64,000 nt of DNA from Patescibacteria group bacterium (GCA_041675205.1 JBAYUF010000001.1:84863-148862); one strand, 5' to 3'. Shown: positions 31,370 to 41,211, counted from the stretch's first letter. A program made the numbers and translations. Notes: a model not told the origin generated them from the letters alone.

Positions 31370-34300
31370 GTTTTCGTGATCTCTTAAAGAAGAAATATAT
31401 ACGTCGTCAGGTATTGATAGCTGCAATGCTCGGTTTCATTGTCATGCTTCCTATCGGTGTTAAGGCAGCAGGGATTGGTGACGGGATTCAGGGGACCATC
31501 TTCGGAGTACTTTCATGGGGCATTTATGGCATTGTGCTCTTTTTATCTCGTTTTACCGTTTGGCTTGTCGGTTTTTTAGTAAGCATCGGACAGTATAACG
31601 GATTTATTAATTCACCAGTTGTGTTGCAGGGTTGGGTGGTATTGCGAGATATATCGAACATGTTCTTTGTACTCATCCTACTTTTGATAGCGTTTGGCAC
31701 CATCCTTCATATTGAGCAATATCAAATGAAACGATTGCTGCCCAAAGTGCTCCTCATGGCAATCTTGGTTAACTTTAGTAAAGCCATCGCCGGGCTGCTG
31801 ATTGATTTCTCACAAGTTATAATGCTCACTTTTGTGGCGGCGTATCAGGCTGCCGGAGCGGGGAATTTAGCGCAGGCAATGCATCTAGATAAAATTTTAG
31901 CAATAAAAAATACAGAGGATGGTGGTTTGTTTGATGAAGCTGCTGCCGAGACGCTCGTGGCATTACTACTTGCACTTGTATACATAGTCGTTGCCTCGGT
32001 TGTTGTTGGGGCTTTTGCGGTGATACTTGTGGTACGAATGGTGATGTTGTGGTTGCTCATCATTTTTTCACCACTCGCCTACGTCCTTTCCGTTGTGCCT
32101 ATTGGGCAAAAGTATGCCAGTCAGTGGTGGGAAAATTTTGCAAAATATGTAATTTTAGGTCCGGTCATGGCATTTTTCTTGTGGCTATCACTCGCCACAC
32201 TGCCGACCCTTATTGCAAGTGACGCCGACCTTGCTGTTCGTACACAATCAAGCGGTAGCGCACAATCACTCGCCGAAGAGAAAGAGCAAGTCAAAACCAT
32301 CGGTATTACAGAGATTGGCTCTGGGTCTGTGATGTCCGGATTTCTCATCAGCATCGTTATGCTCTTTGCGTCGCTCATGTTTGCAATCCAGACTGGTGGC
32401 GTGGTTGGGAAGATTGCTGGTGGTGCCTATGGTCAATTACTGAGTAAAGGCACCACAGTGGCAAAGATACCATTAGGCCTTGCCAGTTGGGGAGAAAGAA
32501 AGGTTGCTCGCATGACGGGTGGTGTAACCGCATTTCTGAACCCAGTCCGGGTTGCTCGGGCTTGGCGTGGTTACGCTGCACACAAAGCGGGTCGTGAGGA
32601 GGCAGAAATTGGCTATCGAGCAGGGAGCGCCGCTAGTGCTCATTTTGCCGCTGGTCGAGGGGTGCGCGGCGCACTGCGATTAATGGCCGGAGCGCATGAA
32701 GATGCTTTTGAAACGTATATGGGAACGCATGGAGTGATGCGTTTTGTCAAAACCATGAGCGGCAACAGTAAAACAGGTACGAATGATTTTCTTGATGCGA
32801 AACGATTACAGCAAGAGGCAGATATTGAGCGGGAAACTTTCAATGCCGCAACTGATAAGGGGCGAGTAGATAAGATTCGGCAAATTGGAAAAGAGCACTA
32901 TGCCGACAAATTTCGTACCAAGATTATGAAGGAGGAAGTTGATCGCGTCAGTGTTATTCGTGGTTTTGGGAAAAGCGACAATAAACTTGACCCCTATAAT
33001 TCACGTAAAGAAATTAACGATGAAGGTAAGCAAGAAGTAGTTACCCTTAAAGACGCAGCAGAAAAAGCAGGCGTTGATTTAACAGACACTAGCAGTAGTA
33101 CAACACAGGCGTTTCTGCGTGAATGGGATGAAGATAATGCCCGTCGTGATTTAGGTAAGCGGCCAGGTGGTTTGGAGGGTCGGGTGAGCGCACTTGTTGC
33201 AAAAAAGGGCGATGCTGATATTTTGGACCAAGGCAAACGTACGCTCGGTGAGAAATTAAAAGCGCAAGAATCCTATGTTACGGAGCTTATGGCGGGTGGG
33301 CTTTCGAGCACAGAAAAAGCAACACGTGAGCAACAAGAAAAGACAGTAGATGAAGAATTACGACGTATTACTGCGGCGCTTAAAACGGCAAGTGGTGTTG
33401 AGAAACAATCACTCAACGCACTAAAGACAGAATTACAGAAAGAAAAAAAGAGTGGTCGATTTGATAAAGACACTGCAGGTAACTACTTACTGACCAAGAA
33501 AGAACGGGATGAAAATAAAGAGAAAATTAAAGACTTCAGTGATCCTCGCCGGGCTGATTACAGCAGTGCGCTTAAAGAGCAGAAAAAGCTTTACGGGATG
33601 ACGTTAGACCCAGCCGACGCCGCAGAAAAGATGGAAATTGACCGTGCGAAAGCGAAGGCAGATGAAATAATGGCTCGTAGAAAGGAGCCAGATGTGGCAC
33701 CTCGCCCGTATTTTGCCGAACAAGCATTCAGGCATTTAGAGTCGGAAGAATCGTCGAAATTACCGCGCGAAGCCATGGAGTACGACGAAATTGATGCATT
33801 ACTGAAAGATGCATTACATGAGGGGAACATCGTGAAAACATCAGCGCTCATGAAGAAAGCGGCGAAAGATGCTAACGACAACGAAATTTGGAATAGTTTC
33901 GGTTATGGTAGTGGGCCCGAAGGTGCTGAGCAATTTAGAAAGGCAAAACTTGTCCCATTAATGGGGGACCAGGCCTCAATGTCACTCATGAGTGAGCTGA
34001 ACTATATTAACGAAGATATTGGTCACACTAACACCACTCGTTCGTATGGGGTGAGGAATGGTTCATACTATAAGAAATCTGCAGCTGAGCAATCGGCATC
34101 CGCGGCGTGGGAAGTAACGAAACGGCAATCACGAAACTTTTTGCAAAATACAAACCGACTTGGTTTTGGGTATGAAGATACTGAAGGCAAGTTTCACCTT
34201 GATTTAACTGGCAAGCTTATCATTTCATCAATGCAAAATGACATGAATTACCGGTTGAATCGAAAAGAGTTTAACAACAACCTATTGTTGAAATTACTAG

Positions 34301-34455
34301 AAGACGTAGATTCGCTCGACGACATGGTACGACGGGGTCTATTGCGGAGAGATTTGGTTGATAATATGAAGTCGCTAGGCCGAGAACATGTGCGGCGCGG
34401 TGTACCGAATAGCCCGGGTGGTTTTGAGTCAATGGCACGGCAGCTTTCCGTTTAG
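31366..34455 (+). CDS. VirB6/TrbL-like polytopic membrane protein with a ~600-aa coiled-coil-rich hydrophilic C-terminal extension (TcpH/PrgH-like architecture)
   Basis: ≥7 TM segments in the first ~400 aa, then a K/E-rich region. Start chosen at the ATGA overlap rather than the track start 31237. Confidence 0.6.
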   Translation: MSFRDLLKKKYIRRQVLIAAMLGFIVMLPIGVKAAGIGDGIQGTIFGVLSWGIYGIVLFLSRFTVWLVGFLVSIGQYNGFINSPVVLQGWVVLRDISNMFFVLILLLIAFGTILHIEQYQMKRLLPKVLLMAILVNFSKAIAGLLIDFSQVIMLTFVAAYQAAGAGNLAQAMHLDKILAIKNTEDGGLFDEAAAETLVALLLALVYIVVASVVVGAFAVILVVRMVMLWLLIIFSPLAYVLSVVPIGQKYASQWWENFAKYVILGPVMAFFLWLSLATLPTLIASDADLAVRTQSSGSAQSLAEEKEQVKTIGITEIGSGSVMSGFLISIVMLFASLMFAIQTGGVVGKIAGGAYGQLLSKGTTVAKIPLGLASWGERKVARMTGGVTAFLNPVRVARAWRGYAAHKAGREEAEIGYRAGSAASAHFAAGRGVRGALRLMAGAHEDAFETYMGTHGVMRFVKTMSGNSKTGTNDFLDAKRLQQEADIERETFNAATDKGRVDKIRQIGKEHYADKFRTKIMKEEVDRVSVIRGFGKSDNKLDPYNSRKEINDEGKQEVVTLKDAAEKAGVDLTDTSSSTTQAFLREWDEDNARRDLGKRPGGLEGRVSALVAKKGDADILDQGKRTLGEKLKAQESYVTELMAGGLSSTEKATREQQEKTVDEELRRITAALKTASGVEKQSLNALKTELQKEKKSGRFDKDTAGNYLLTKKERDENKEKIKDFSDPRRADYSSALKEQKKLYGMTLDPADAAEKMEIDRAKAKADEIMARRKEPDVAPRPYFAEQAFRHLESEESSKLPREAMEYDEIDALLKDALHEGNIVKTSALMKKAAKDANDNEIWNSFGYGSGPEGAEQFRKAKLVPLMGDQASMSLMSELNYINEDIGHTNTTRSYGVRNGSYYKKSAAEQSASAAWEVTKRQSRNFLQNTNRLGFGYEDTEGKFHLDLTGKLIISSMQNDMNYRLNRKEFNNNLLLKLLEDVDSLDDMVRRGLLRRDLVDNMKSLGREHVRRGVPNSPGGFESMARQLSV

Positions 34456-34467
34456 GTAAATTTCACT

Positions 34468-35892
34468 ATGCCAATAACAAAAAAAAATGAAACAATCGAG
34501 GTGGTGGCGAAAGCGCTACCCAATCCAGCATATTTAGAATCGGTTACAAAATATTTCCACGAGCAAGTTTTCGTGGAAGATAATGCTCGAGAGGCCGATA
34601 GGTTTTATCGTGTTTTGGTCGAACTGTTACCGAAAGACTCTTTTAAAGAGCGATACCCAGAGCTCTACACTGGCTATGAAAAGCTGCTGTATGAATGTCA
34701 ATTCTATGCCTTTGCTTGGTTGACTGAAGATGAGGCTCTCAACCTAGTGCGTAATCATTTTTCCCTTGCGTTCCAGCTCTCCGCTATTTTAGAGCTCCGC
34801 CGGAAAATAAGAGTTAAACTTATCGCTGATTATCAGATAGAGGCACGTGATGCTTTCAAGGAAAAGTTACGGCGAGCAGCAGAACAAAATACTGAAGTCA
34901 TTACTGGTAAGCAGCTGCAGCAAGACGGAGCTGCTACAACAGCCCCTCCAACGGTTGGCAATTGGATCAGAAATTATGTGGGTGCTGTTGGTACAGCAGG
35001 GCCGGTGGACGCGCTCCGACAAGCCGAATATTTTACAAAAAATAAGAATTTTGACGCACTGACACAGACGGAGAAAGAGGGCATTCGGTGGTTATTGGAA
35101 ATATACGAGTCACTTCGGTGGTCGTCTTTGACACCGGAAGGTTTAGAGGAAGTACTCTCTACAAATATTGATGGGAAAGAGGTGCTCATTAGTGGAGGGG
35201 AGGTGGAGGAAATTTCTCCTGAAATCCGTAAGCTGGTGCAGAAATTTCAAGAAGTAGGGCTCATTTCTGAGAGTGAAAAACCTTCGCCTGCCGTGCTTGA
35301 AGCTGCTGTGGCGGCATCTACTGTTATTGCAGAAAAACCCGTCGCGATGCCGCCGCTTGTTCTCCCTGTTGCCCCTGCACTTGTGACTGGTGAATTGCCA
35401 CGCATTTCTGCCTTGCCTGCTCCGCCAGTGGTTTTACCATTACCTCCAGTTGCACCAATTATAATTCCAAAGCCACCTGCAGCTGAACCACGGGTTGAAA
35501 AAATTATTAATCCCACTCCGCAAAAGGTGGTGGTCACTAAAACGAGCGAGTCGCCATCAATGGTTGACGTGAAACGGTTTGGCGGTGCTGTTGGGCCAAT
35601 TGATGAGTTACGACTTTCGACACTGAATGATTTTCGTAAACTTGACCCAGATCCAGCTGAGGCGGCGAAGCGAATACTGCAAAAGATTCACCTCCTTGAA
35701 GATGAATCATATGATCGGAAGGCCGACGCCATTCGTGCCTGGCGACAAAGCCCCGTTCATCGATTGTATTTAGACGTCATCGACGAGAGTGTTCGCACAG
35801 GTATGCCAGTAACCGAACTCTTTGAGAAATACAACGTGCGCCAAACGGAATGGGAAGCACTTGGCACGTTATCTCGTGATTTGAGTAGCTAA
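34468..35892 (+). CDS. hydrophilic hypothetical protein (474 aa) with a Pro/Ala/Val-rich linker
   Basis: Clean ORF with no TM segment. PVAMPPLVLPVAPALV…PPVVLPLPPVAPIIIPKPPAAEP. Confidence 0.55.
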   Translation: MPITKKNETIEVVAKALPNPAYLESVTKYFHEQVFVEDNAREADRFYRVLVELLPKDSFKERYPELYTGYEKLLYECQFYAFAWLTEDEALNLVRNHFSLAFQLSAILELRRKIRVKLIADYQIEARDAFKEKLRRAAEQNTEVITGKQLQQDGAATTAPPTVGNWIRNYVGAVGTAGPVDALRQAEYFTKNKNFDALTQTEKEGIRWLLEIYESLRWSSLTPEGLEEVLSTNIDGKEVLISGGEVEEISPEIRKLVQKFQEVGLISESEKPSPAVLEAAVAASTVIAEKPVAMPPLVLPVAPALVTGELPRISALPAPPVVLPLPPVAPIIIPKPPAAEPRVEKIINPTPQKVVVTKTSESPSMVDVKRFGGAVGPIDELRLSTLNDFRKLDPDPAEAAKRILQKIHLLEDESYDRKADAIRAWRQSPVHRLYLDVIDESVRTGMPVTELFEKYNVRQTEWEALGTLSRDLSS

Positions 35893-35894
35893 GT

Positions 35895-36326
35895 ATGCAG
35901 CAGTTTATTATTCCCCAGTTCATTGATGAAGAACCCCATATTCTTGGGCCGATAACTGTTCGACAGTTTTTGCTGCTTCTCATTGCGGGCTTCTTTATTT
36001 TCCTCAGCTATCGACTCGCGGATACTGCCTTATTTATTGTGCTGACCATAGTACTACTCATCATAAGCATAACTTTGGCATTCGTTCGGGTGAACGGTCG
36101 CCCTTTTCATTTCTTTTTGCTAAATTTAGTGCAGACATTGCAACGTCCTCGGTTACGCATTTGGCGCAAAGAAGTGAGCAGAGAAGAAATTCAGGACGAA
36201 TCAAAAATGCCAGTCCTCGTCCCAACTGTCATAGTGGCGAAAGCGCCCATTAGTCGTTCCCGTTTGGCGGAACTCTCACTCATTGTTGATACGGGTGGGG
36301 CATATGCTGGTACTGAAGGTAATTAG
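35895..36326 (+). CDS. VirB3/TcpE/PrgI-like small membrane protein (143 aa, two TM helices)
   Basis: Size, two-helix topology and its position immediately upstream of VirB4. Confidence 0.45.
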   Translation: MQQFIIPQFIDEEPHILGPITVRQFLLLLIAGFFIFLSYRLADTALFIVLTIVLLIISITLAFVRVNGRPFHFFLLNLVQTLQRPRLRIWRKEVSREEIQDESKMPVLVPTVIVAKAPISRSRLAELSLIVDTGGAYAGTEGN

Positions 36327-36343
36327 CGTGTAATTGAAAATAA

Positions 36344-37045
36344 GTGGCTAAAAGAAAGGCAAACAAGGCAACACTGAGTACCCAGCGATTTCTAGAAATC
36401 GCTGAAGTGCATGATGATACCGTTGTCCTTAAGGATGGTAGCCTGCGTGCGGTACTACTTGTTTCGTCAATCAATTTTGCCTTGAAGTCAGACGATGAAC
36501 AGGAAGCGATTATTCAGGGATATATGAGCTTCTTGAACTCTATCGATTTTTCGCTTCAAGTGGTTATGCAATCTCGCCAGCTGAATATCGCTGGCTACCT
36601 TGATAAGTTAACAGCCATTGAGCGTGAGCAGACTAACGAGCTCTTAAAGATGCAGACGGGTGAGTACCGTCAATTTATTAGAGAATTGGTTGAATTGGGG
36701 CAGATTATGAATAAGCGGTTCTATGTGGTGGTGCCATATCAACCTGGGAGCGACAGTCAAAAGCCATTTTTTGCACGACTCCGTGAGGTGTTGCGACCAG
36801 CTTCAATCTTGCGTCTCAGTGAGGATCGGTATCTTCGGCATCGACATGAATTAATGCAGCGGGTTGATCATGTGACGAGCGGGCTTAATTCTTTAAGCCT
36901 CGAAGTTCGCATGCTTGATACACAGACGTTAGTTGAACTGTATTATGGAACGTATAATCCTGAGAGTGCGCGGTTAGCGCCACTTGTTGATCTCCATGAT
37001 TTGCAGGTCGATGATACGGCGTTCCGTTCTACACCATCACTATGA
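36344..37045 (+). CDS. N-terminal domain of a Gram-positive-type VirB4 ATPase, encoded as a separate ORF
   Basis: The [38 protein letters not shown] … RFYVVVPYQP pattern matches what I recall of TcpF/PrgJ N-termini (uncertain). Stop overlaps the next ATG (ATGA). Confidence 0.5.
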   Translation: MAKRKANKATLSTQRFLEIAEVHDDTVVLKDGSLRAVLLVSSINFALKSDDEQEAIIQGYMSFLNSIDFSLQVVMQSRQLNIAGYLDKLTAIEREQTNELLKMQTGEYRQFIRELVELGQIMNKRFYVVVPYQPGSDSQKPFFARLREVLRPASILRLSEDRYLRHRHELMQRVDHVTSGLNSLSLEVRMLDTQTLVELYYGTYNPESARLAPLVDLHDLQVDDTAFRSTPSL

Positions 37046-38898
37046 TTACCTTGAATCGAAATAAAAAAAAGATTGCTGCCGCTGCTGAATCCGTTTCGGT
37101 CGAATCTTCAGCGCAGAGCCGAGAGGCGTTGGAGATCGCAAGAGTTTACCAGAAAGGCGTTATTCGATTGCGTGATATTGTCGCGCCGACTGCGTTTGAG
37201 GTTGAAGCATCGTATATTAAGTTGAATGACCAGTACGTGCGCACACTCTTCATAACAGAGTATCCACGGTACATCTCGGTTGGTTGGTTCGCACCACTCA
37301 TCAATGTTAGTACAACCATTGATCTGGCACTCTATATTTACCCAGTGAGTTCGGGAATTGTTTTAAAGCAACTCCGAAACAAGGTGGGGTCACTGGAAGC
37401 AGAAATTATCGCGGAGCACGAAAAGGGTGCACCGCGCGATCCTATTAAAGAAACAGCATTAAAGGATATTGAACGACTCAGAGATGACCTGACACAGGGG
37501 GTAGAGAAGTTCTTTCAATTTGGGCTTTATGTGACGTTGTACGCTGATACGCTTGAGCATCTTGATAGGACAACAGGGGATATCGTGCAGCTGCTTGGCA
37601 CGAAGCTTGTCTATGCTCGAAAGGTGCTCTATCAGGCAGAGCAAGGCTTTATTTCAACCGTCCCACTTGGCGTTGATGAACTGCAGATTACCTTCAACAT
37701 GAACACGTCACCTATTTCTTCTGCGTTTCCCTTTGTTTCTTCAGAACTGACTAGTGACGACGGCATACTGTACGGTATCAATAGGCACAATAACAGCCTC
37801 ATTCTCTTTGATCGGTTCTCGCTGCAGAATGCGAATACGGTCGTGTTCGCCACCTCTGGAGCTGGAAAATCGTACACTATTAAGCTTGAGGTACTGCGGT
37901 CCCTTATGCTTGGGGTGGACGTTATTGTGATTGACCCTGAAAAGGAATATCAACACCTTTCTGAAGCGGTCGGTGGCACCTACTTAAATATTTCATTGGC
38001 CAGCGAAAGCAAGGTAAACCCTTTTGATTTACCGCGCGGTATTGGTGACGATATACAGACAGGGGACGTCATTCGTAGTGCCGTCATTACGCTGAAGGGA
38101 TTACTTCGTATCATGCTCGGTACGTTAACAAGCGAAGAGGATTCGCTGCTTGATCGCGCCCTCTTGGAAACATATGCCAAAAAAGACATTACACCCGAAT
38201 CTGACTTAACCCGAGTAGAGCCACCAATTTTGGCCGACCTGGAAGACGTTTTGAACGGTATGCAAGGCACGCAAGATATGGTGGCCCGGTTGCAAAAATA
38301 TACCAAGGGGACGTTTGCCGGACTTTTGAATAGCACAACAAACGTCGTCACTGATAATCAACTAATTGTTTTTTCAATCCGAGATTTGGAAGATGAATTG
38401 CGACCAATTGCAATTTACACAATTATAAACCACATTTGGAATTTGGTTCGCAGCGAGCGAAAGAAGCGGATTCTTGTAATTGATGAAGCCTGGTGGATGA
38501 TGCAGCACGAAGACAGCGCCAAGTTTATATTTGCGTTAGTGAAACGGGCTCGTAAATACTATCTTGGGGTAACGACTATCACGCAAGACGTCAGCGACTT
38601 TTTAAGTTCACCGTATGGATTAGCGGTAGTGAATAACTCAGCGATGCAACTCTTGTTGAAACAGTCACCAGCCGCCATTGATTTGGTACAGAAGACATTT
38701 CTTTTGACTGAAGGCGAGAAGTACCTGCTACTGGAGGGCAGTGTTGGTGAAGGCATTTTCTTTGCTGGGCCGAAGCATGCGGCTATTAAAGTTGTGGCTT
38801 CGTATACGGAAGATCGTTTGATTACAACTGACCCACGGCAACTCTTAGAAATGGAGGCGGCGGCAAAGCGCGACAACGCTACACCGCCAGTAGCATAA
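37042..38898 (+). CDS. VirB4/TrbE/CagE-family T4SS ATPase (C-terminal 618 aa including ATPase core)
   Basis: YVRTLFITEYPRYISVGWFAPLIN block. Walker A FATSGAGKSYT. Walker B/DEAW block ILVIDEAWWMM. Confidence 0.8.
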   Translation: MITLNRNKKKIAAAAESVSVESSAQSREALEIARVYQKGVIRLRDIVAPTAFEVEASYIKLNDQYVRTLFITEYPRYISVGWFAPLINVSTTIDLALYIYPVSSGIVLKQLRNKVGSLEAEIIAEHEKGAPRDPIKETALKDIERLRDDLTQGVEKFFQFGLYVTLYADTLEHLDRTTGDIVQLLGTKLVYARKVLYQAEQGFISTVPLGVDELQITFNMNTSPISSAFPFVSSELTSDDGILYGINRHNNSLILFDRFSLQNANTVVFATSGAGKSYTIKLEVLRSLMLGVDVIVIDPEKEYQHLSEAVGGTYLNISLASESKVNPFDLPRGIGDDIQTGDVIRSAVITLKGLLRIMLGTLTSEEDSLLDRALLETYAKKDITPESDLTRVEPPILADLEDVLNGMQGTQDMVARLQKYTKGTFAGLLNSTTNVVTDNQLIVFSIRDLEDELRPIAIYTIINHIWNLVRSERKKRILVIDEAWWMMQHEDSAKFIFALVKRARKYYLGVTTITQDVSDFLSSPYGLAVVNNSAMQLLLKQSPAAIDLVQKTFLLTEGEKYLLLEGSVGEGIFFAGPKHAAIKVVASYTEDRLITTDPRQLLEMEAAAKRDNATPPVA

Positions 38899-39455
38899 TG
38901 TATATGACTCGACGAACAAAGATAATAATAGGTGTTGGGTTCTTGTTGGGCGTTGGAGTGCTCCTATACTTTCTCTTTCAATCTCGACAAACCCCGCCAG
39001 AGGTTACTCCGCCACCGGCAAAGCCAGCAGTTGAAAATAGAGACGATGGTACTGCCCAGGTGATTGGTGGCGTCGAACCTACCCCAGAAAGCACAGCGCT
39101 TCGAACTGCCCGGTTTGTCGCAGAGCGGTACGGTACGTTTTCGAGTGATGAAGGTCTGAATGGGGTGCAAGAATTAGTCGCTGTTTCTACGCCTCAAACC
39201 ACTGAATGGCTAACGGGAATCTACATACCGCAAGTAACATCGCGAATGAAAACTAGTGTATTTTACGCTGAATCTGCTCGCGTGCTTGCGGCAACAATCA
39301 TTACGATAAACGATACAACCGCCGGCGTTCATATTCGTCTACAGCGTCAAATTACTGAAGGGAGCGAAGAACGGATGAATAATGCTGAATTGGATATTGA
39401 ACTGACGCGAAGTGGGAACACGTGGCTTGTTTCAGGCATTTTTGAAGACCGCTGA
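38898..39455 (+). CDS. bitopic membrane protein (N-in, single TM, ~150-aa extracytoplasmic domain), VirB8-like in architecture
   Basis: Start overlaps the VirB4 stop (TAATG). 185 aa. Possibly NTF2-like. Confidence 0.4.
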   Translation: MYMTRRTKIIIGVGFLLGVGVLLYFLFQSRQTPPEVTPPPAKPAVENRDDGTAQVIGGVEPTPESTALRTARFVAERYGTFSSDEGLNGVQELVAVSTPQTTEWLTGIYIPQVTSRMKTSVFYAESARVLAATIITINDTTAGVHIRLQRQITEGSEERMNNAELDIELTRSGNTWLVSGIFEDR

Positions 39456-40168
39456 TGAGCGCAGTTGTTGAAGTATGGCGCTGGCTTACAGACGTAATCC
39501 AGCGTTTACTTTTTCCAGTGTTTTGTTTGCGCTGCGGCGTGGAAGGTGATTTTTTATGTGCTGCTTGTCAAAAAACTGTGCCACCGGTGCCGGTTCAAGT
39601 CTGTGTTTTTTGCTCGGTGTCCAGCCCCAATGGGCGTACGTGCAGTGCCTGCAGCCGACATGCGCTTGACGGCGTTTGTGTGCGTGGCATGTACGATGAC
39701 TGGAGTTGGCGGGTGCTCATTACGGCCTGGAAATTTCATGGTGCAGCAATCACGCCGCTCCTCAGTCGGCTTCTTGAGGATAGTATCGCCGTGCTTCCAG
39801 AAAGTTATCGGACTGGGAAGTTTATGGTAGTTCCAGTACCGCTTGCTAGACGTCGACAACGTGAGCGGGGTCGAAATCAATCAGCGGAGCTCGCGAATGC
39901 GCTTGTCGGTCATCAGTTGATTGTAGCTGCGCTTACTCGTGTTCGAGAGACCGCCCAACAATCGCAGTTATCAAAAAAAGATAGGATACGAAATGTTCAT
40001 GCTGCCTTCAAAGCTAATCCTGCGCTTGTGCAACCGGACACAAACTATCTGCTCATCGACGACGTAGTCACTACTGGGGCTACGCTTGAACAAGCGGCGC
40101 AGGCGCTTAAAGAAGTCGGCGCAACGTCTGTTTGGGCAGTTACTCTAGCAAGAAGTCGCTTGCTTTAA
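39455..40168 (+). CDS. comFC: ComF family protein (ComFC): N-terminal 4-Cys zinc finger plus phosphoribosyltransferase-type domain
   Basis: CLRCG…CAAC / CVFC…CSAC cysteine pairs. PRTase motif LLIDDVVTTGATL. Start overlaps the previous stop. Confidence 0.8.
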   Translation: MSAVVEVWRWLTDVIQRLLFPVFCLRCGVEGDFLCAACQKTVPPVPVQVCVFCSVSSPNGRTCSACSRHALDGVCVRGMYDDWSWRVLITAWKFHGAAITPLLSRLLEDSIAVLPESYRTGKFMVVPVPLARRRQRERGRNQSAELANALVGHQLIVAALTRVRETAQQSQLSKKDRIRNVHAAFKANPALVQPDTNYLLIDDVVTTGATLEQAAQALKEVGATSVWAVTLARSRLL

Positions 40169-40369
40169 GTGCTAGTGAGAAAGAAGAAACAAAAAAAGTT
40201 TCTAACGGGTACTTCATCTATTTGCCGTCGCATGGTAGGGACGATTGGCGGAACTTTGAACCAAAAGAACGGCTTAACTTCGCGATTATCGATAAAAGAA
40301 AAGGAAAATTAAGACGAATTTACGAGGAAAATCTAAACTGCTTTGAAATTCCAAAGCTCGCGCTTAAAA

Positions 40370-40987
40370 TTATTGAAGAATGATCGATTTTAACTCGGCA
40401 ATGTTATTAATTATAAAATCTGGTTTTAAAGCTTCGAGTCTTTCTTTTGTGAAAAATCCCCACGTTACCGCTCCAGTCTTTACTCCCGCGTTTTTGCCTG
40501 CTTCTATTTCATGATTTGAATCGCCGATAAAGATAGTTTCTTCCAATTTAAAATTATTTCTTTTTGTTAATTCATATAGACTTTCGGTTTTGTCATACGC
40601 ATTGGTGATAACATCATAAAAAATATCTTGGAGTCCAAAACTGACAATTTCTGGCAAAAGAGTTTCAGGGAAATCAGAACTTAAAACTGCAATTTTAATT
40701 CCCTTTCTTTTAAAATCTTTAATGCTTTCTACAATTCCAGGATAAGATTTTCCTTTTGGGGATTTAGCGACCGCGCGTCTGTAAGCAGTCTGTTCTTCTT
40801 CAAGAGTAAGATGGGGTGCATATTTATTATAAAAACGCATGTAGGGTTGTTCCCATTCTTCCTTCAACTCTATTAATGAAATTGGTTTCAAGTCTAATTC
40901 CTCAAAAATTCGATTAACAACAATTAGCTGATTTTCAACTGAATCGTTTATCACTCCTGACCAATCAAAAATTATATTTTTAAACAT
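40370..40987 (-). CDS. HAD-superfamily hydrolase (phosphatase-like), in an AT-rich islet
   Basis: Motif I IIFDWSGVI, motif IV IGDSNHEIEAG. Local GC is markedly lower than the window average. Confidence 0.7.
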   Translation of the reverse strand: MFKNIIFDWSGVINDSVENQLIVVNRIFEELDLKPISLIELKEEWEQPYMRFYNKYAPHLTLEEEQTAYRRAVAKSPKGKSYPGIVESIKDFKRKGIKIAVLSSDFPETLLPEIVSFGLQDIFYDVITNAYDKTESLYELTKRNNFKLEETIFIGDSNHEIEAGKNAGVKTGAVTWGFFTKERLEALKPDFIINNIAELKSIILQ

Positions 40988-41133
40988 ACGTATCTATTTT
41001 AAACTTGGATATCTGACGGTGGTGGCCCGCCAAATCAAAGGAATTTCTTCGGACAAGGATTAGTTCACTCCTTCGGCGTGCTCAAAATACATCTTTAGCT
41101 CTAATATTTTACGAAGTTCGCTCTAGTCGACAC

Positions 41134-41211
<78 letters not shown>

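Noticed and set aside
21766-40168. Interpretation of the T4SS-like operon as an integrated conjugative element
   Set aside because: No relaxase, VirD4-type coupling ATPase, integrase or flanking direct repeats are visible within the window. Composition matches the surrounding chromosome, and the flanking genes are housekeeping (rsmA, then the AT-rich HAD islet and tRNA-Ser). This cannot be fully excluded without the rest of the genome.
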